Source: Opitutales bacterium (GTDB lineage Bacteria; Verrucomicrobiota; Verrucomicrobiia; Opitutales; PNEW01). Taken from it: 64,000 nt of DNA. The translations under genes were made by a program, and so were the position numbers. The DNA lies in contig CBDANS010000007.1 of NCBI GenBank assembly GCA_965197745.1, positions 1,920,001-1,984,000 of the forward strand, given 5' to 3'. This document shows, one piece after another, positions 59,470 to 64,000 of this stretch. Every line of letters begins with the position of its first letter. Position 1 is the stretch's first letter. Under the pieces are notes generated by a model that had not been told where the DNA came from, did no database searches, and saw nothing but the letters and a program-made list of their open reading frames with translations.

Positions 59470-60465
59470 TCACAGTTGTATTTTTTCTTTTTTTGGAAAG
59501 TTTCGTCTTTTTACTCTTAGCTCCAGTTTTTTTGGAGATTGTTTTTTTCCCGCTTTTTTTAATCTTTGTTTTCTTTTTTTGGCGCTGACTCCGCTCTTTA
59601 ATCTCTTCTCTTCTTTCAGGACCATGTCTTCATTTATTTTTTTCTGCAGCTCATTTAGCTTAGTATTCTGCTCGGCAGTGGCATTATCAATGGCCGTTTG
59701 GATCTCCGCATGAAAAATACTTTCAGATACTTCAAGATCTTTTTTCGACAAAGTCCCTTCAAATTTTTCCTGGGTCCCTGCCAGGAATGATTTTAATTGT
59801 TCGTCATACTTTTGTAGTCTTCTTTTATAAGTTGATTCTAAATCTTTTCGCGTTGAAACCAGTTTCTTTTCCCAGAGTTTACTCATATCATTATTCTGAC
59901 TCTCAATTTTATGCAGGGAAGCATTGTAAACAGATAATGACTTATCTATTGATTTTTGAAATTTTTTTAGGAGTCGGTCCCCATGATTGGTAAGATCTTT
60001 TTTGAATACTGTTTCCTTAATCTGTTTTTTATTGACCTCATAGAGGGATTTTAGCCTTTCCTCCGCGGTGCCGACCATCGCCCCTATTTCATTATGAAGT
60101 ATTTTCCTCGAAGCTTCATTTTCTTCATTAATTTCCCGCTTGAAATCTTTTAATAGGGCTGAATTTACTGAACAATTTTCTTCTAACAGGCGCTTAAATT
60201 CCTTTCCCAGGTTGTATTCAAAATCTCTTAAATTCTCTTTGTATCGACGGTTTAAAGTTTCGAGCTTAGATCCACGCAGCTGTGTTGCTCTGACCGCAGT
60301 AAAACCAATTAAAAATAAAGTTATTAAAGTTGCGCCAACGACCAATACCCAATCAAAGAGGACACCGGTAAACGCCAGGCCGAAAAGAACCGGAACTGAT
60401 GAGGCTAAAGCTATTATCCAATACGGATAACAATCCGCCAATAGAATTGAAATATTCTTATTCAT
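59470..60465 (-). CDS. Hypothetical 2-TM coiled-coil protein with Lys-rich tail (module copy 1, gene B); may extend to 59405 in the -1 frame
   Basis: MNKNISILLADCYPYW aligns with MNKKISVYLADLFPAW of the paralog; the 3' end has many A-tracts. Confidence 0.78.
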   Translation of the reverse strand: MNKNISILLADCYPYWIIALASSVPVLFGLAFTGVLFDWVLVVGATLITLFLIGFTAVRATQLRGSKLETLNRRYKENLRDFEYNLGKEFKRLLEENCSVNSALLKDFKREINEENEASRKILHNEIGAMVGTAEERLKSLYEVNKKQIKETVFKKDLTNHGDRLLKKFQKSIDKSLSVYNASLHKIESQNNDMSKLWEKKLVSTRKDLESTYKRRLQKYDEQLKSFLAGTQEKFEGTLSKKDLEVSESIFHAEIQTAIDNATAEQNTKLNELQKKINEDMVLKEEKRLKSGVSAKKRKQRLKKAGKKQSPKKLELRVKRRNFPKKEKIQL

Positions 60466-61264
60466 AAGTGAAATGGATTCTCCGAGGAAGTAATGGGCGA
60501 CAGAGTGTTCCCTGCACAACGGTCAACCATTGACCATCATCTACATATGCTTCCAGGGTAATGGGAGTTGTTCCCGGTCGCGGGCTTACCGGTATTTCAA
60601 ACCCTGAATGGAGCATGGTATGGTGTTCGCCGAATAAATCTATCAGTTCTATTCTCTCCAATTTATACCTTCCTTCAATATATGCCCGGTCAGTCCTGCA
60701 ACGAATGCTTTTAATTTCCGCTAACCTATCGGTAAAACACCAGCCTCGCAGGAAATAATCAAGGCCATCCGCTTTAATATTTTCTGATTCATAGAGATTA
60801 AAAAGAAAACCATTTTTTACACGATACTGATCTCCATTAGAATCAATACGCTGGTAAAGTTCCTCAATAGCTTCTTTCCCGAGAGAACTACTGAGCGTGC
60901 CTTCTGTCACTTTCAACCACTTCTCACTATTATTTATTTGGGCTTCCAGAGTAAATCGGAATTCACTCTGTTGCGCAGGTACCATGATTTCAAATCCTGA
61001 GCTGAGAATTCCTTTATTCTCTCCGAACTTCGCAGATTCATTTCGTTCGATACCATAACATCCGATAAATTCCCGGTCTTTTATTTTAATGCGGACATTG
61101 CTCACCTCGTCTAAGTTTTCAGAAAAGAACCACCCGCTGATATAAATGTTGTTATAATCCGTGGAAAAGTTGCGAACTTCATCTATATCGAATCGAAAGC
61201 CATTTTTGCCAACAATCCCTTTTACTATTTTAATATGGGGATTCTCTGTGGTTTCTCCCGCCAT
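60458..61264 (-). CDS. Hypothetical protein with two GW.F...ER.E...SGF beta-domain repeats (module copy 1, gene A)
   Basis: Paralog of 58475..59296 with matching C-terminus (G[ST]LC[KR]P). Confidence 0.8.
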   Translation of the reverse strand: MAGETTENPHIKIVKGIVGKNGFRFDIDEVRNFSTDYNNIYISGWFFSENLDEVSNVRIKIKDREFIGCYGIERNESAKFGENKGILSSGFEIMVPAQQSEFRFTLEAQINNSEKWLKVTEGTLSSSLGKEAIEELYQRIDSNGDQYRVKNGFLFNLYESENIKADGLDYFLRGWCFTDRLAEIKSIRCRTDRAYIEGRYKLERIELIDLFGEHHTMLHSGFEIPVSPRPGTTPITLEAYVDDGQWLTVVQGTLCRPLLPRRIHFTYE

Positions 61265-61622
61265 AATCGAGTGAGAATAATATTTAGAAAGTGCAAATAT
61301 TATTATTACTTATAATCTAAGCAATATTATTTTAGGGTAAATGGTTATATCAAAGAGTAACTCCTTGAGACTTTATTTTATATCACTCTCATTTTATTGA
61401 AAAACTTTAGGAGTGATGAACATTGAAATCCGTGGAACTCCAGGTCCAGTTCTCAAAAATTCTGACTGATCTCATCAATTCACTTTACCTTTCCGCGCAC
61501 ATTAGGTTTAACTATCATAAAATATTATTAATTTATGATAGAACCGATAGGGATTTGAGGATATAATACTGAAGACAATGTTTTAGTATTAAGCACGGAT
61601 TTGGAAAGAGAGGCGCATTGAC

Positions 61623-61952
61623 TTGGAAATTCCTAAATTAAAAATTCCAACTGTGAAGTTTGAAAAACTATTGGAATCCTATGCTCCCTATCTGACCAAG
61701 ATTGGATTGGGTGGATTCGCTGCCATGATAGGGATTGGCATCGCAAGTCTTAAGAAATTGGGTTTAACCCTAATCTCAGTCCTGCCATTGTTTTTTCTCG
61801 CCACCTTTTTTGTCTTCATTTGGATTATCGGGCATCATATAGAAAAAGCCTTAGAAAAGAGAAGTGTCTCAGAGATCGATGAAGAGAAAATGTCTGAATT
61901 CAGAAAAAAACTGGAAGCCAGAAATTCTGAAGATGAGTTTGTCGATATATGA
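61623..61952 (+). CDS. Small hypothetical 2-TM membrane protein
   Basis: TTG start after GAGAGG; two hydrophobic segments and an acidic/basic C-terminal tail. Confidence 0.6.
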   Translation: MEIPKLKIPTVKFEKLLESYAPYLTKIGLGGFAAMIGIGIASLKKLGLTLISVLPLFFLATFFVFIWIIGHHIEKALEKRSVSEIDEEKMSEFRKKLEARNSEDEFVDI

Positions 61953-62166
61953 GGGATGACCGATGCTTCAGGTTGTAAGGATGAATACCATCTATTTGGC
62001 ATGCGCTCCTCTCTCAGCCCGCATCAAGTCGGGGAAGACTATGAGAATGATTGTCAGATCAAATCCATCTCCTCCACAGCAATAACTTGCTGGAGAGAAG
62101 GTGTGGTGGATCGCTTCGTTTGCCTCATATTCACCCAAATAATCCTGGTGCTTATACTTGCCGCTC

Positions 62167-63203
62167 TTACAGCGGCAATTGAACGAGCCGGTTGGTGTGT
62201 GAGGATTGGAGACTGGCGAGGCACATTTCAATGGCCATGCGGCCGTCTTTCCCTGTAACCGAAGGTTCACGGTCTGCACGGATACAGTCGATATACTCTT
62301 GTAGCATGGCCGCATAGGCCTCAAGTCGAACAGGATCTGCTGGATTCGTAATTGTCAATGCCGGTTGCTCCCAAATTGTCTCCCAGCCCTTATTCGTTGA
62401 TAAATTCAGTTTGCCTAAACCATCGAGATTGAGAAGTCCTTTCTCTCCCATAATCTGCACGCTCATACGGGTTCCCGGGAAAGTGTTACCTGGCATTTCA
62501 CCCGAAGTCCACATTTGGGCAACCCCTCCATTATCGAAATTTATTTCAGCCATTGCACTCATATCAGAGACTTGATGCTCACCATAACTCTGCACCTTGC
62601 CATATATACTGATCGGCTCACTGCCCATAAGATAGCGTATGAGGTCAAAGGTGTGAGAGCAGAGCCCCATATACATGCCCCCTCCCGCTGGATCGAGATA
62701 GAATGGCCGTGTTGCTATTTCCTCCAATGACGCGTTGAGTGGGACGTGGCAAATAATTAATAGCTGGCAAACTTTGCCGATACGGTCTTCATCCAATATT
62801 TTTCGTGCCTGTTTAAAGACTCCACGGAATCGCCAGTGTTTTACCTGCATTAGCTTAATTCCGGCATTGCTACAGCCTTCAATCATAGCGTCACACTGCT
62901 TCAGGTCGGGTGCCATGGGCTTCTCAACGAGGACATGCTTCCCCGCGGCAGCGGCTATCAAGGTCTGCTCGTGATGAACCTGTTCCGGTGAAGTAATGAC
63001 AATCGCCTTGATATCTTTCCGTGAAATTAACCTTTCAATTGACTCCTCGTGATCGATTCCATATCTTTCGCAAGTTGCGGAGATCTTTTACCACAGGCCA
63101 CCGCGACGAGACGCGCCCTATTCGTGTATTTAGCTATGCATTCCGAGTATGTGCGGCCCATAAAACCCGCGCCTATCATGCCAACCCCTATTTCGTCAGT
63201 CAT
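62167..63203 (-). pseudogene. Gfo/Idh/MocA family oxidoreductase split by a 1-bp frameshift
   Basis: The N-terminal Rossmann part (VGMIGAGFMG, ATG at 63203) and the C-terminal part (GIDHEESIERLI...GKHVLVEKPMA) are in different frames. They join if one base is added near 63062 (AKD-Y-GID). Confidence 0.85.
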
Positions 63204-63380
63204 GAGAAAGGAGTAATGGGCTAAAGGTTCAATGGCCAACAAATTTTTTCCTCTATCGCGCTCGTCATGAATCCCCTCGGAGTAATGGTATTTTATCTCC
63301 AGACTATTGCTTGAGCTGCTTCATTCTTATCTAAAATAAGTGTAGGAAAATATTTTATTTTCATCTAAGTTCTTAGTGTT

Positions 63381-64000
63381 ATGAGAACTGAACACGATTC
63401 CATGGGTAAAATGCAAGTGCCTGATGAAGCCCTTTACGGGGCATCTACGCAACGCGCGGTATTAAATTTTCCCATCAGTGACCGACATATGCCTGACGGT
63501 TTTATTAAAGGTTTAGCACTGATTAAATCAGCCTGTGCAACGGCGAATGAAGAGCTGGGTAAATTAAGCGGGAAAAAGGCTGAACTCATCAGGGAAGCAG
63601 CACAGGAGGTTGCTGAAGGAAAGCATATGGATCAATTCCCCGTTGATGTATTTCAAACCGGCTCCGGGACCTCTTCTAATATGAATATCAATGAAGTAAT
63701 CGCGAACCGCGTCAGTCAATTAGCGGGAAATTCGATTGGATCCAAGGAACCCGTCCACCCCAATGATGATGTTAATATGGGTCAATCGTCTAATGACATT
63801 GTGCCTTCAACCCTCCATGTCAGTGTTGCCGTCGCGATCAAGGACAATCTGTTGCCGGCCCTTGAGCACCTCGCCACAGCACTCGAGGTAAAAGCCCAGG
63901 CATTTGGTGACATCGTAAAGATTGGACGCACGCACCTCATGGACGCTACTCCATTGACTTTAGGTCAGGAGTTCTCCGGCTATTTATCCCAGGTGCGTAA
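63381..64000 (+). CDS. fumC: Class II fumarate hydratase, 3' truncated by window edge (missing from the ORF track)
   Basis: MRTEHDSMG, YGASTQRA, FQTGSGTSSNMN, HPNDDVNMGQSSND and KIGRTHLMDATP. Confidence 0.95.
   Translation, partial: MRTEHDSMGKMQVPDEALYGASTQRAVLNFPISDRHMPDGFIKGLALIKSACATANEELGKLSGKKAELIREAAQEVAEGKHMDQFPVDVFQTGSGTSSNMNINEVIANRVSQLAGNSIGSKEPVHPNDDVNMGQSSNDIVPSTLHVSVAVAIKDNLLPALEHLATALEVKAQAFGDIVKIGRTHLMDATPLTLGQEFSGYLSQVR

Noticed and set aside
61956..62324. ORFs 61956..62258 (+) and 61992..62324 (-)
   Set aside because: They overlap the oxidoreductase 3' end and have no recognisable motifs; likely spurious.

Overview
A bacterial chromosomal window of moderate-to-low GC, made up mostly of housekeeping genes. 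The gene content and a lineage-typical secreted-protein domain suggest Verrucomicrobiota (Opitutales-like), and NiSOD hints at a marine habitat; both are inferences. In order it carries: rpoN (partial), sodN, tsaB-alr, ribD-rdgB, leuB-alaS, cysHCDN, a cNMP-domain histidine kinase, a TonB-dependent receptor under a clear TPP riboswitch, kamA, arsR-carA, oppABC-kdsB, ctaA-ctaB-DUF420, an SLC13 permease, a nuclease-DinG helicase fusion, pyrRBC, thiL-tsaE, cysJ-like-fabG-acpP-fabF, rluB, folD, a REC-HK hybrid, proC-hldD, an actinobacterial Sdh1-type succinate dehydrogenase operon, acyP, a frameshifted Gfo/Idh/MocA oxidoreductase and fumC (partial). I saw no tRNA, rRNA, CRISPR array or transposase. 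The best novelty candidates are four. (1) A tandemly duplicated, translationally coupled two-gene module at 57.0-61.3 kb pairing a double beta-domain protein with a 2-TM coiled-coil protein; one copy hides a histone-like Lys-rich tail in the -1 frame. (2) A degenerate ECF sigma/anti-sigma-like fusion protein. (3) The Sdh1-type operon with an extra helical fourth gene. (4) Several small indels/duplications, including a 5-bp duplication that frameshifts a kinase C-terminus.
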